From the IMG/VR virus record IMGVR_UViG_3300045988_126875: DNA of 64,000 nucleotides, one strand, 5' to 3'. Made by a program: the position numbers and the translations under genes. The notes beneath the pieces were generated by a model. That model made no database searches. It had not been told where the DNA came from and saw nothing but the letters and a program-made list of their open reading frames with translations. Positions 38,408 to 47,409 of this stretch are shown here, one piece after another (position 1 is the first letter of the stretch; each line of letters begins with the position of its first letter). Origin of the DNA: a virus.

Positions 38408-38814
38408 TTTTCACTCCTACTCTTTTTTATTACCCTAAGCTGAAGACGGAATAGATTACTGTCTTCTTTTATAATATCATACACAGCATAAGAATTTTCT
38501 CCTATATCCCATCCAAGATAATCGAGCAGGTCTTTTAAGTAAATTCTCTTGTATTTTACACCAAGGTTATTTACCTTAAACGATCTCTCGTCTTCAACAT
38601 CAGAAGCAGCCAGATAAAAAACCGTATTTTCAACTCCTTCAAATATCTTCCCTTCTTCTAAGCCGATAACAACCGCATCCGTTACCCCCATCCAATTCAA
38701 ATTATCGACAGAGATAGTCATTATCTTACTTTTGCTGATTGACAACTTCCGGATCTTGCTTTCTTTAGTTTTAGATCCTAAAAAATCCGTACTGTTAAAA
38801 AAATCTACTTTCAT
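38404..38814 (-). CDS. hypothetical protein
   Basis: 136 aa, 4-nt overlap with HAD gene. Confidence 0.4.
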   Translation of the reverse strand: MKVDFFNSTDFLGSKTKESKIRKLSISKSKIMTISVDNLNWMGVTDAVVIGLEEGKIFEGVENTVFYLAASDVEDERSFKVNNLGVKYKRIYLKDLLDYLGWDIGENSYAVYDIIKEDSNLFRLQLRVIKKSRSEK

Positions 38815-38894
38815 GGTTATAATATTTTATATTTATGTTGCAAACATACATAATAATATCAACAATACTATTTAAAAACAGTTAAAATATGATA

Positions 38895-40094
38895 TTATAA
38901 TGCTGGTAATTTTTTAAACTGCTCCGGACTTACTTCGGATATGGTCCCACGGAAAGCAAGACGCGAACCGTAGGTTAAATCCTGGCTCGACGCATATTTA
39001 CCAGCACCCGAATACGCCACGCCGCCATACTCATTCGAATTAAAATAGGAGCGAGCCAAAACAAGGGAATTGTCCGATGCCTGATAATAACGATCTGAAT
39101 AATATTTTAAATTGCTACCGCCAACTCTTGTAGGCACCACATCAAAAAACGGACCATTTTCGGCTGCTATATTTTTTATCCAACCGCTGACAGTCCCGGC
39201 GTTCACGTTGCGAATCGAACCGTCAGGATCGGTTATTTTCCAAACTCGGTTATTTATTTCTACACCTTCAACAAATTCACAGATACCACCAAATACGCCT
39301 TCAAGTCCTAAGCCACAAACGTACTTTGAATATTCGTTTTCGGTATCCGCACCACCGGTTGCGTTGCTGCTTCCCGTTGTTGTAGCCGGATCACAGGTTG
39401 CGCCACCGGGTCCTAATACGCCTTGCAGGTTACGTGTTTTGTATTTAGCATACAACATCATAGCAATCACGCAATGTTGTTGGAAATCTATCACCTGGTA
39501 TCCGGTACCACGTGCTTTTGCGTAACTTCTGAAATCAGATAATGATACGTTAGTCGTAGGAGTAACATCACTCCAGCTATATAATCTATTCAAAGATACA
39601 TATCCTTTATATGCTCCAACAAGAGATTTCGGGACATGGATGTAAGTGCCGTCAATATCATGATCAGCAAAATGATAAAGAAATCTATTATCATCCACCT
39701 TATACCATTTATACCAAAATTCTAAGAAAACGACCATCACATCACCTTCTTCTCCGGTAAGATTAGCCTGACTACCATCAAGATACAAATTGCTGTTGTC
39801 TTCCTTCAACCTACATACAAAAACCTCTCCTCCTCCCATAGCGCTCTTGCAAAGAACTCTATAAAAGCCACTTGTAATCAACCTATTTAAAAAATCACTG
39901 TCTTCGCTTATTGTTATATTAGCCGGATCTGATACAGATTTATCAAAAACTATAAAATTATCAGTAGGTAAATACCCCCCCCCTATTTTGTTAAAAAATC
40001 TTCTTCTCATAATTGTCTTATTTTGGGATAAAGATAGTTTTAATTTATGAAGATCAATAATAGGATTTCCGTATAAAAAAACTATATTTGTCAA
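38895..40094 (-). CDS. hypothetical protein with Gly/Thr-rich segment
   Basis: 399 aa. Confidence 0.5.
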   Translation of the reverse strand: MTNIVFLYGNPIIDLHKLKLSLSQNKTIMRRRFFNKIGGGYLPTDNFIVFDKSVSDPANITISEDSDFLNRLITSGFYRVLCKSAMGGGEVFVCRLKEDNSNLYLDGSQANLTGEEGDVMVVFLEFWYKWYKVDDNRFLYHFADHDIDGTYIHVPKSLVGAYKGYVSLNRLYSWSDVTPTTNVSLSDFRSYAKARGTGYQVIDFQQHCVIAMMLYAKYKTRNLQGVLGPGGATCDPATTTGSSNATGGADTENEYSKYVCGLGLEGVFGGICEFVEGVEINNRVWKITDPDGSIRNVNAGTVSGWIKNIAAENGPFFDVVPTRVGGSNLKYYSDRYYQASDNSLVLARSYFNSNEYGGVAYSGAGKYASSQDLTYGSRLAFRGTISEVSPEQFKKLPAL

Positions 40095-40128
40095 GATATT
40101 AATTAACTAAAAAAAAATCATTTATATC

Positions 40129-40785
40129 ATGGCAGAAATGAAAATAGGTTTTGTAACCTTCAATCCGGGATCAGGTAACGGTGATCAGGCAGTTACCGTA
40201 TCAGGTGAAAAATACAAAGGTCGTGTACAGCGTACGTTACAAGTAGAATTTGGTGCCGAATCAGGGGATGTTAAGAAAGCTGCTACCATCAACCAAGCTG
40301 CGGCAGCTGAGTTTGTAAGAATAGATTCTACTGCGTCTGGAGGGAAAGAAGGTGGCACTGTAACAATCAACGGCACAAGTAACTCAACTAAGTTAACGTT
40401 CTCCTTAACTCCGGACGGAACTCATCCTTTGACGTTGAAAATACCAGCCTCCTATAAGGCAGCAGGCAAGAATACCAATAACGGTGCTGTTATTGCCGAC
40501 GACCCTGGTGCAACAGGGGAATTTGCTTTCAGTATCGTATTCTCTGGTATTCCGAAAAACACTAGTGTAAATGATCTGGTAAATACTCTTAAGGTGACGG
40601 CCGCCGGTGGTCAGACAGCTAATACAGTTATTACCCAGACAGCAGGTGATCCGTTCTTGGAAATAGACAAGGATGTAATTAACTTGGATGTAAACGGTAC
40701 TCCTCAGACTATCAACGTTAATGCAAACATCAAGTGGACTATCACACAAGCTGTTTCTAAGTTGGTAAGGAAAGTAATGGAATAA
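40129..40785 (+). CDS. Ig-like/BACON-like surface or virion-decoration protein
   Basis: 218 aa, T/S/G/N-rich beta-strand-like repeats, no Cys, no TM; lone plus-strand gene with its own terminator. Confidence 0.4.
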   Translation: MAEMKIGFVTFNPGSGNGDQAVTVSGEKYKGRVQRTLQVEFGAESGDVKKAATINQAAAAEFVRIDSTASGGKEGGTVTINGTSNSTKLTFSLTPDGTHPLTLKIPASYKAAGKNTNNGAVIADDPGATGEFAFSIVFSGIPKNTSVNDLVNTLKVTAAGGQTANTVITQTAGDPFLEIDKDVINLDVNGTPQTINVNANIKWTITQAVSKLVRKVME

Positions 40786-40800
40786 CAATCACTTACAGAA

Positions 40801-40836
40801 AAAGAAAAGGGACGTCTATTTGGCGTCCCTTTTTTC
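40801..40836. terminator. bidirectional rho-independent terminator
   Basis: gggacg-tctatttgg-cgtccc hairpin flanked by A-run upstream and T6 downstream; between convergent genes. Confidence 0.7.
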
Positions 40837-41085
40837 TATGCATTGTATGTAGTATTTATCTTTTTGCCTACTGACAAAAATCTTTTTGAAAATCATCTGT
40901 TTTCTGATATGGACTCTTTTCCCGTCATCTAATTCCCTCCATATTTCATTAAAGATCAAATCTATTAATTCCATGACCTTCTTATCAGAGACAAGATTCT
41001 TTCTACCGGGACTGACCCATCCATCATCAGTCATCTTACCGGCTATCCTATTAGCTATCCTGCTTAATTCACGTGGGGTGCTCAT
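40816..41085 (-). CDS. hypothetical protein
   Basis: 89 aa. Confidence 0.4.
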   Translation of the reverse strand: MSTPRELSRIANRIAGKMTDDGWVSPGRKNLVSDKKVMELIDLIFNEIWRELDDGKRVHIRKQMIFKKIFVSRQKDKYYIQCIEKRDAK

Positions 41086-41774
41086 TTTAATACGTTTTTA
41101 AATATTCTACCTTTTTCACACTGAAGTATGCAGTCTCTCATGGGACGATCTTGTTCGTGATCGTCACACATCGGAAATTCTTTTCCATAGGGTAAAGCAA
41201 TGTGCGGGCACTGCGCCCTGAACGCATCCCAGGCCGACTTCCTCACAGCCTCAGCCCCGGCACGAACGCCCTTCTCTCTTTCCTTGGCCGGGTCAGCATA
41301 CACGTTTGAAATAGCTCTTTTCTTCCAAGTAAGCATATTGTAGTAAAACTTATCCACCAGTTTCCTACCCACTACATCAAACTTCTGTCTATGAATTAAA
41401 GGTGCGGCCTTAACGACGTTCTTCCTATTTTTACTAACATCGACATAAATCAGTCCAGCATAAGACGGAACTTCACTTACGTCAATCATATTAGGCGGAC
41501 AGGCGTAGTAGAAATAGTTTGGAGGATAGCTTATGACACCACCTACTTTAATAATGCCGTCTTTAAGAACCTTATGTTTTTTATCCTTTTTGAAGTCGTT
41601 AAAGAAATCTTGTTTAGACATCTTGACCTCTACTTCATAAGCGTACAATGATCTTGTTATGGCCAGGAAGTCAGATTCCCAATCATATATATGGAGATTG
41701 TTAATAACATACATCGGATTACTTAGCAGATCCCTATTAAGGATCTTAAGCATTTGTTGCTCTGGGTAGTTCAT
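41082..41774 (-). CDS. hypothetical protein (possible PD-(D/E)XK-like motif, Cys-rich C-terminus)
   Basis: 230 aa; IYDWESDF...AYEVEVK resembles D..E.K; weak. Confidence 0.4.
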   Translation of the reverse strand: MNYPEQQMLKILNRDLLSNPMYVINNLHIYDWESDFLAITRSLYAYEVEVKMSKQDFFNDFKKDKKHKVLKDGIIKVGGVISYPPNYFYYACPPNMIDVSEVPSYAGLIYVDVSKNRKNVVKAAPLIHRQKFDVVGRKLVDKFYYNMLTWKKRAISNVYADPAKEREKGVRAGAEAVRKSAWDAFRAQCPHIALPYGKEFPMCDDHEQDRPMRDCILQCEKGRIFKNVLK

Positions 41775-41791
41775 TGTCTTACTTTTTTAGA

Positions 41792-41862
41792 GGCTTGTGG
41801 CGGAATCGAACCGCCCTACGAGATTTTGCAGATCCCTGACTAAACCACTCATCCAACAAGCC
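41792..41862 (-). tRNA. tRNA-Cys (GCA)
   Basis: Hand-folded: acceptor ggcttgt/acaagcc, anticodon stem gggat/atctc loop cuGCAaa, T-arm ggcgg-ttcgatt-ccgcc. Confidence 0.7.
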
Positions 41863-41865
41863 ATG

Positions 41866-41937
41866 TAGCCCAACCGGGAATCGAACCCGGAACTAAAGTT
41901 TAGGAAACTTTTGTTATATCCGTTTAACTACCAGGCT
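41866..41937 (-). tRNA. tRNA-Arg (CCU)
   Basis: Anticodon stem aaagt/acttt loop uuCCUaa, T-arm ccggg-ttcgatt-cccgg; acceptor has 3 G-U pairs. Confidence 0.6.
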
Positions 41938-42007
41938 ATTTAATGTTTGCTATGTTCACACACCACAAACACCGAGATAATTAACACTTTACACAAAATA
42001 TGTACCG

Positions 42008-42078
42008 TTATCCAAGGAGGATTCGAACCTCCGCTAACAGAACCAAAATCTGTTGTGCTACCACTACACCATTGGACA
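42008..42078 (-). tRNA. tRNA-Gln (UUG)
   Basis: U1:A72 acceptor (bacterial Gln-like), anticodon stem acaga/tctgt loop uuUUGgu, T-arm ggagg-ttcgaat-cctcc. Confidence 0.7.
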
Positions 42079-42079
42079 G

Positions 42080-42152
42080 TGGTCCCGGAGGGATTTGAAC
42101 CCACGATCTTGCGGTTATGAGCCGCCTGCTTTCACCACTAAGCTACAGGACC
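42080..42152 (-). tRNA. tRNA-Met/Ile2 (CAU)
   Basis: Acceptor ggtcctg/cgggacc, anticodon loop cuCAUaa, T-loop ttcaaat; one mismatch in T-stem. Confidence 0.6.
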
Positions 42153-42190
42153 TTAAAAATATGCAGGAGCCTTCACAGACGCCTGCATAT
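42153..42190 (-). terminator. putative intrinsic terminator upstream of tRNA cluster
   Basis: 9-bp stem atatgcagg/cctgcatat with 14-nt loop, followed on minus strand by UUUU. Confidence 0.4.
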
Positions 42191-42296
42191 AACAGCTAAA
42201 TATTAACCAATAATTATCCTAAAAACTCTCTCAACGCAAAGTTAAGTACTAACCCATAATATGGCAAACATTAAAATATAAAAAGGATTAAAATAA

Positions 42297-43034
42297 TTAT
42301 TTCTTTTTCTTCTTCTTTTTAGTGTCTTTTACTCGTTCAGCTTCGTTTTCAGACTCCACAATATCACCGGCTTCTTCCTGAATCACATCCGTCTCAGGAA
42401 CAACATCGGACTTCTCTGGTTCTGCCACATCCTTATCTGACTCCCCATCTTTATCCAACTCCGGCTCGGCGACATTATTTTTGTCTTTACCGATTATACC
42501 TATCTGGTAGCCTCTTAATTCTACTTGCATTGATTTCAGCTTCGATTCTAACTCTTGTATTGTTTTGGACCCAACCGAAACCTCGTTTTCCAAATCTCCG
42601 ATTCTGATCCTGGCTTCAATCAATTCATTTGATTTCTTTTTTAAGTCAGATGAGATACTGTTTTTCTTTTCTTCCAAGTTGCTGATTTTGTAATTAGCCT
42701 CATCAAGATCAGACTTAGCTTTGTCAAGATCAGCCTTGGCCGCATCAAGTTCTTCCGTTTTCTTCTTGACGCTTTTTATCAGCTTCTTCTGATTTTCCTT
42801 CAAGGCGTCAATCTTTTCCTTAGACGTAGAAAGATCTTTGCCAATAGATAAAATCTCTTTATCCTTTGAAGCAATATCTGACTTAAGTTCTGAAAGCCTT
42901 TCCTTGTAAAAATCAGCCTTATCCTGCATTTCCTCAATTTCTTTTGCAAGATTTTCGGATTTAATAGCTTTCTCCCTGTACATTGAAAGCTTACTGTCTG
43001 TGATGAATGTAAAACCTAACATGCTCATTTTCAA
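42297..43034 (-). CDS. hypothetical coiled-coil protein with poly-Lys C-terminus
   Basis: 245 aa, K/E/L heptads, ends KKKKKK. Confidence 0.45.
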   Translation of the reverse strand: MKMSMLGFTFITDSKLSMYREKAIKSENLAKEIEEMQDKADFYKERLSELKSDIASKDKEILSIGKDLSTSKEKIDALKENQKKLIKSVKKKTEELDAAKADLDKAKSDLDEANYKISNLEEKKNSISSDLKKKSNELIEARIRIGDLENEVSVGSKTIQELESKLKSMQVELRGYQIGIIGKDKNNVAEPELDKDGESDKDVAEPEKSDVVPETDVIQEEAGDIVESENEAERVKDTKKKKKKK

Positions 43035-43046
43035 AATATTTAAATA

Positions 43047-43718
43047 TTACTTAACTCCAGAACTACCAAGACCTTTTTCTCCACGTTCATTTCCGTCTTC
43101 TACCTCAATATCTGTCACCTCTTCCAATACCATTTTGTATTGTGGAACGATTTCCATCTGAGCTATTCGATCGTTTTTATGGATTACGGTCGGTTTTTTA
43201 TTGATTTTAGTAAGATTAATCATATACTCTCCTTTGTAGGTAAATTCGCATTTACCGGGTGCGTTAGTAACTACCACTCCCTCGTCAAAAGAGAATCCTG
43301 ATCTTCCTTCTACATTCGCACACCATCCTTCTGGGATATTCAACTTGAAGCCGGTTCCGATTCTAACAGAATAACCTTGATATAAGGTTATTGATTCAAA
43401 ATCGGAAGGAACATCTATTTCCACTCCCATGTCATTCACCATCTTCACCACTCTATATGCACGAATATCACAACATGCATCGCCATCATGTTTGTATTCA
43501 GGTATCACGACATCAGGATAAAGTTTCTTAATACCTACCTGCACAGTCTTCTGATAACCTGGAGTCAAATACGATTCAGGTATTTTATTAACGACCTTAT
43601 CTTCTTTTTTATGTTTGTTGTTCTTTTCAGAAACAGTATCCTTCTTGCTATCTTCTTTTTCAGAAAGAAGTCTTTCAATATCTTCTAACTTATCCATGAT
43701 CATATTTTTATAGTACAA
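43047..43718 (-). CDS. dut: dUTPase
   Basis: Trimeric dUTPase motifs: RSG (motif III), VVTNAPGKCEFTYKGEY (motif IV-like), DRIAQMEIVP (motif V-like R-x-AQ). Confidence 0.65.
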   Translation of the reverse strand: MYYKNMIMDKLEDIERLLSEKEDSKKDTVSEKNNKHKKEDKVVNKIPESYLTPGYQKTVQVGIKKLYPDVVIPEYKHDGDACCDIRAYRVVKMVNDMGVEIDVPSDFESITLYQGYSVRIGTGFKLNIPEGWCANVEGRSGFSFDEGVVVTNAPGKCEFTYKGEYMINLTKINKKPTVIHKNDRIAQMEIVPQYKMVLEEVTDIEVEDGNERGEKGLGSSGVK

Positions 43719-43957
43719 TAAACAATACCTTCTTTTTTTATGTCCTTAGTTGATTCATAGCACTCACGAAAAGTACTTATGTCTGCATCATTAGGATCAT
43801 CGACCCACTCATCTCCTTGCTTATATTTTTCTCTGGTTTCTGAGTAGATCATACATAATTTATCCCCATGCTTCGCCATAATCCTTTCTTCTGTCACTTT
43901 CCTACGAAGTTTAATAAGGGGAAATCTTGTAACTATTTCTACTATCATTCTACACAA
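43700..43957 (-). CDS. hypothetical protein
   Basis: 85 aa. Confidence 0.35.
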   Translation of the reverse strand: MCRMIVEIVTRFPLIKLRRKVTEERIMAKHGDKLCMIYSETREKYKQGDEWVDDPNDADISTFRECYESTKDIKKEGIVYCTIKI

Positions 43958-44003
43958 TCTTTAAAAGCCCAAGAGATGTTATTCTCCTGGGCTGATGTTT
44001 ATA

Positions 44004-44945
44004 TTAAAATGGAAGGTCTTCTTCTTCCATAGGAGGGAAGTTCGGCATCTGTGCTTGCGGCTGCGTCTGATGCTGAGGCTTGGTGCTCCTTGTAGTAGGT
44101 GCCTGGGCAGGTGCAGCAGGCTGAGCCGGTGCCTGATACTGTGCTGGCTGTTGAGCAGGCTGTTGGTAATTCTGATACGGAATAGCACTCGGAACAGACT
44201 GAGGTTGTTGAACCTGTTGAGGCTCGGCCGGCTGCTGGGTATAAGTCTGAGGAGCTACCGGCTCTTGCTGAGTATTTCCTCCTAAACCTAATTTAGCCAT
44301 TATACCGGCTCTGATGTCTTTAATAGAAGCATTGAACCTGTTTGAATATTCCTTAATCTTCTGATAAGTAAAGTTGTTTTGAGCTGAATAATCGAGGCTT
44401 TTCTTGCCATCAAATCCTGTAACTTCAACAGGGTCAGGCCAACCATTTACGCCTTTTTTATAAAAACGTTCAACAAGCTGATCTTTTTCTCCGTCTACTC
44501 CGGCATATGCGATAATAAGTTCCGAAGATCCAAACTCATCATCTTTCTTCTTCTTAAAGACATTGAAATAAATTTCACGACTGAAATCGATGTTTTCGTA
44601 GTATTTTACGAAGCTCTTAACAAAGCCCTTGATATTTCCTTTTTGATTAACGAGAGGTATGGAAATACAATAGTTTTCATTAAGCTCGTAATCTTTTAAT
44701 ACGATAAGGAAATTAGTAACAGTATTTCCATTAGAGAAAGTGCTTGACTTTAACCCGATGTAGTTAATGTACCCAACTACTCCATTATAATACTCTTTCC
44801 AATATCCTGCCGGCTGACCGCTATTAGGATTTATGTGCTGAACAAAACCTTCTTTTGGTTCGTTACTTTTTTCATACAAGTTACCATCTGAATTAATATA
44901 CAGATAATAAGTTGTACCAAAACTTCTGTTTTCTCTAAAAGCCAT
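44004..44945 (-). CDS. putative ssDNA-binding protein (Gln/Pro-rich linker + acidic C-terminal EEEDLPF tail)
   Basis: C-terminal MEEEDLPF mirrors SSB DDDIPF protein-interaction tip; low-complexity QQPAQ linker; located in replication block. Confidence 0.45.
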   Translation of the reverse strand: MAFRENRSFGTTYYLYINSDGNLYEKSNEPKEGFVQHINPNSGQPAGYWKEYYNGVVGYINYIGLKSSTFSNGNTVTNFLIVLKDYELNENYCISIPLVNQKGNIKGFVKSFVKYYENIDFSREIYFNVFKKKKDDEFGSSELIIAYAGVDGEKDQLVERFYKKGVNGWPDPVEVTGFDGKKSLDYSAQNNFTYQKIKEYSNRFNASIKDIRAGIMAKLGLGGNTQQEPVAPQTYTQQPAEPQQVQQPQSVPSAIPYQNYQQPAQQPAQYQAPAQPAAPAQAPTTRSTKPQHQTQPQAQMPNFPPMEEEDLPF

Positions 44946-44959
44946 ATTATTATTTTTTT

Positions 44960-46069
44960 TTATAGATTATACAATGTTTGATTTAAGACGTATGTTGATT
45001 CGTATTTAGGATTGAACATCTTTATCATCTTATACTGATCAGACCAATCCATAACAACATCTCCTTTTATAAGTGATTTTACGGAAGACAGTATATTTTC
45101 CTTACCGATAGAAAAATTAAAACACGGGCCTTCCAGCGCATTAAAAGGCATTGATTCCATTATCTTTTTTCTATTTCCAAAATCCTCAGACATTACTGTT
45201 ATGCCGTTTTCTTCATCTACCTTAACATTGACAACATTATCCACTAAAGTCATGGAATTAAGAACCGATATAAGCAAATCCCTATCGAACTTAACACTCG
45301 AAGATTTTTCGAATTTGCTACATACGTATTCGTAGTTAGGATACTGTTGTTCTACGTTCATATCCGATATAATTACATTATCAAAGCATAAGAACGTCCT
45401 AACTCCATCTGTAGAAATACTGATCTCCGTATCTTTATCAGATAGAAAGCGGTACAAGATAGAAGCCGCAACCTCGCTTAGCATAATCGACCTTTCTTCT
45501 ACTGCATTAGCATACTCTTTCCTGTTTATAAACAGACGGAACATATCAGTAGAAACAATGTCAATATAGTCCTTCTTCACATTAAGAAGAATCGAGCATA
45601 TAGCTGGTCTAAATTCATCCGATCCAACAAACGCAAAAGATCTTTTCATAGACTGAATGAAAGACGAACTCATAACACGAATACCGTCACCTACAGGATA
45701 AAAGAAATCAGGGAAAGCCTTATCCTCAATCCAAGTAGAAGAAAAAGATCCTCTATCGTATTTAAAAACGATACTGTAATCATTTTTAATCTCTATCTCT
45801 ATATCCTGGTTATGATTTTTAAAAAATGAAATAAGAGTCCCGGCATCTACTAAAAGAGAAAACTTATAGTCACAAGAAATATCAGTATTCACATCGAAAA
45901 TATCATCCGTATATGTTATACGTTCGTTCATGGCTTGTATCCGGATATGATCAAAATATAAAGTAATTTTTATATTCGATGTGACACAATCCTTTAGAAC
46001 CTTATCAAACATCTTTGAAATGTTTGAAAGTTTCTCATTCATTAGTATGCCAGGAACTCTTACTTTCAT
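44960..46069 (-). CDS. putative DNA polymerase sliding clamp (DnaN-like)
   Basis: 369 aa, size and three-domain-like repeat pattern compatible with beta clamp; adjacent to SSB; weak. Confidence 0.35.
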   Translation of the reverse strand: MKVRVPGILMNEKLSNISKMFDKVLKDCVTSNIKITLYFDHIRIQAMNERITYTDDIFDVNTDISCDYKFSLLVDAGTLISFFKNHNQDIEIEIKNDYSIVFKYDRGSFSSTWIEDKAFPDFFYPVGDGIRVMSSSFIQSMKRSFAFVGSDEFRPAICSILLNVKKDYIDIVSTDMFRLFINRKEYANAVEERSIMLSEVAASILYRFLSDKDTEISISTDGVRTFLCFDNVIISDMNVEQQYPNYEYVCSKFEKSSSVKFDRDLLISVLNSMTLVDNVVNVKVDEENGITVMSEDFGNRKKIMESMPFNALEGPCFNFSIGKENILSSVKSLIKGDVVMDWSDQYKMIKMFNPKYESTYVLNQTLYNL

Positions 46070-46165
46070 TTTTTAAAACTTACGATTATGACTATCTAAC
46101 ACTGCAAATGTATTATTTTAAAATCTAATTACGAATTAATTGGATTTAAAATGATTTAAAATAGA

Positions 46166-46699
46166 TTAAATACTTCTTCTTGTTGCTTCTGCTATAAGCA
46201 TCGCATCAACTATACCGTCATGGGCTGTCTTACATCTTTCGTTTTTAACGAACGTATCGTTTGGCCACAGTCTTTTAGCGCAGGCCAATGATGTTTTCTT
46301 AGTATTTACCTTACTGGCTTCCATAACCTTATCAGAATGCGTCCAAACCAATTTCTGCCATGTTTTAGGAGCTATGAAATTAACGGAGCAACTTATGTAC
46401 GGAAATGCCATGCAGAGGGACAGGAACAGCCCATGCAGTTGGCCTTTGTTCTCCATGAGGGAGGCTGTAGAGGACGTGCTGACCCCGTACAGCGCGTGGA
46501 CGTCCTCTATGACAAATACTACCCTATCAGGATTGTTTTCTACGATCGCATCCCGGCAAAAAACATATTCTTTAGTCAAGTCTACCGGCCCTGAAGCTGA
46601 TATTCTCGGAGTGGAGATTCTCGATATTAGTTTGCTGTCTTGATCGATGCAGGCTATGGCTCCATCTTTTCCTGGATCTGCTGCTATATATAGTACCAT
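46166..46699 (-). CDS. RuvC-like Holliday junction resolvase
   Basis: N-terminal IAADPGKDGAIACID (RuvC motif I Asp) and C-terminal HDGIVDAMLIAE (catalytic Asp/His region). Confidence 0.6.
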   Translation of the reverse strand: MVLYIAADPGKDGAIACIDQDSKLISRISTPRISASGPVDLTKEYVFCRDAIVENNPDRVVFVIEDVHALYGVSTSSTASLMENKGQLHGLFLSLCMAFPYISCSVNFIAPKTWQKLVWTHSDKVMEASKVNTKKTSLACAKRLWPNDTFVKNERCKTAHDGIVDAMLIAEATRRSI

Positions 46700-46705
46700 A
46701 ACACG

Positions 46706-47140
46706 CTAATTTAAATTCATGTCGATTTTACCAATGCTATCGTCATTTTCAAAGCCTCCATTGTCTGTAAGTTCGTAATCGATAGCCACAGCACCATTAC
46801 TAAGAATGTAAAATCCTTTAAACATCTTTCCTATTTCAATAGGATACACGACATTTACGTCCCTTCCAATATCCTCAAACGGCATAGCGATATCTTCTGT
46901 ATTAGCATCCTTTTGTTTTGCTAATACACCAACGGGTATATTTTCACCTTTTATAGATGCGTATGTAACCATATACAGAACATCATTATTAACAAACGCC
47001 CTATCACTACTCACCTTATCCAAGCTGACATATATAATATGTTTTATAAAATTATTGATATCCCCACATATGTTAATAGCTTCTACTTCTTTAGGAATAA
47101 CGACTTCCACTTCTTCTGGTTTTATATTTTTCTTTTTCAT
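46706..47140 (-). CDS. hypothetical protein
   Basis: 144 aa. Confidence 0.4.
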   Translation of the reverse strand: MKKKNIKPEEVEVVIPKEVEAINICGDINNFIKHIIYVSLDKVSSDRAFVNNDVLYMVTYASIKGENIPVGVLAKQKDANTEDIAMPFEDIGRDVNVVYPIEIGKMFKGFYILSNGAVAIDYELTDNGGFENDDSIGKIDMNLN

Positions 47141-47400
47141 TGCATTAATCTTTTTGTATTTTGCTTTACTTCTTCAACAAGATCCTGATCTTTCATCATC
47201 TCTTGCTTAAGTTTCTCATTCTCCTTAATTCTTTTCACCCTATCGGCAAGAATCTTCTTATATTTCTTATCCGATATTTTAATAAACCAAGGACAGTTCC
47301 TTGATGGAATCCTTTTACATGGATAATAAGTTAGACCGTTCGGTCCAAACTGCTCGCATCTGTTACATTTCTCTTCGCCTGTCATGTCTATATTTTTCAT
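47137..47400 (-). CDS. hypothetical zinc-ribbon protein
   Basis: 87 aa, CNRC...C...C; immediately downstream of IscB-like gene. Confidence 0.4.
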   Translation of the reverse strand: MKNIDMTGEEKCNRCEQFGPNGLTYYPCKRIPSRNCPWFIKISDKKYKKILADRVKRIKENEKLKQEMMKDQDLVEEVKQNTKRLMQ

Positions 47401-47409
47401 TCAAATTAA

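Noticed and set aside
39112-39525. 137-aa plus-strand ORF antisense to 38895-40094
   Set aside because: Pro/Ser-rich shadow ORF; no independent signal.
40185-40788. Two minus-strand ORFs (63 and 127 aa) antisense to the Ig-like plus-strand gene
   Set aside because: Either could in principle restore the all-minus pattern, but the plus-strand frame is longer, compositionally coherent, and has a matching terminator; the minus ORFs are Cys-rich shadow frames.
43979-44285. ORFs (69 and 96 aa, R/L-rich) overlapping the SSB-like gene's low-complexity region
   Set aside because: Generated by the CAG/CCG-rich repeat encoding the Gln/Pro linker; shadow frames.
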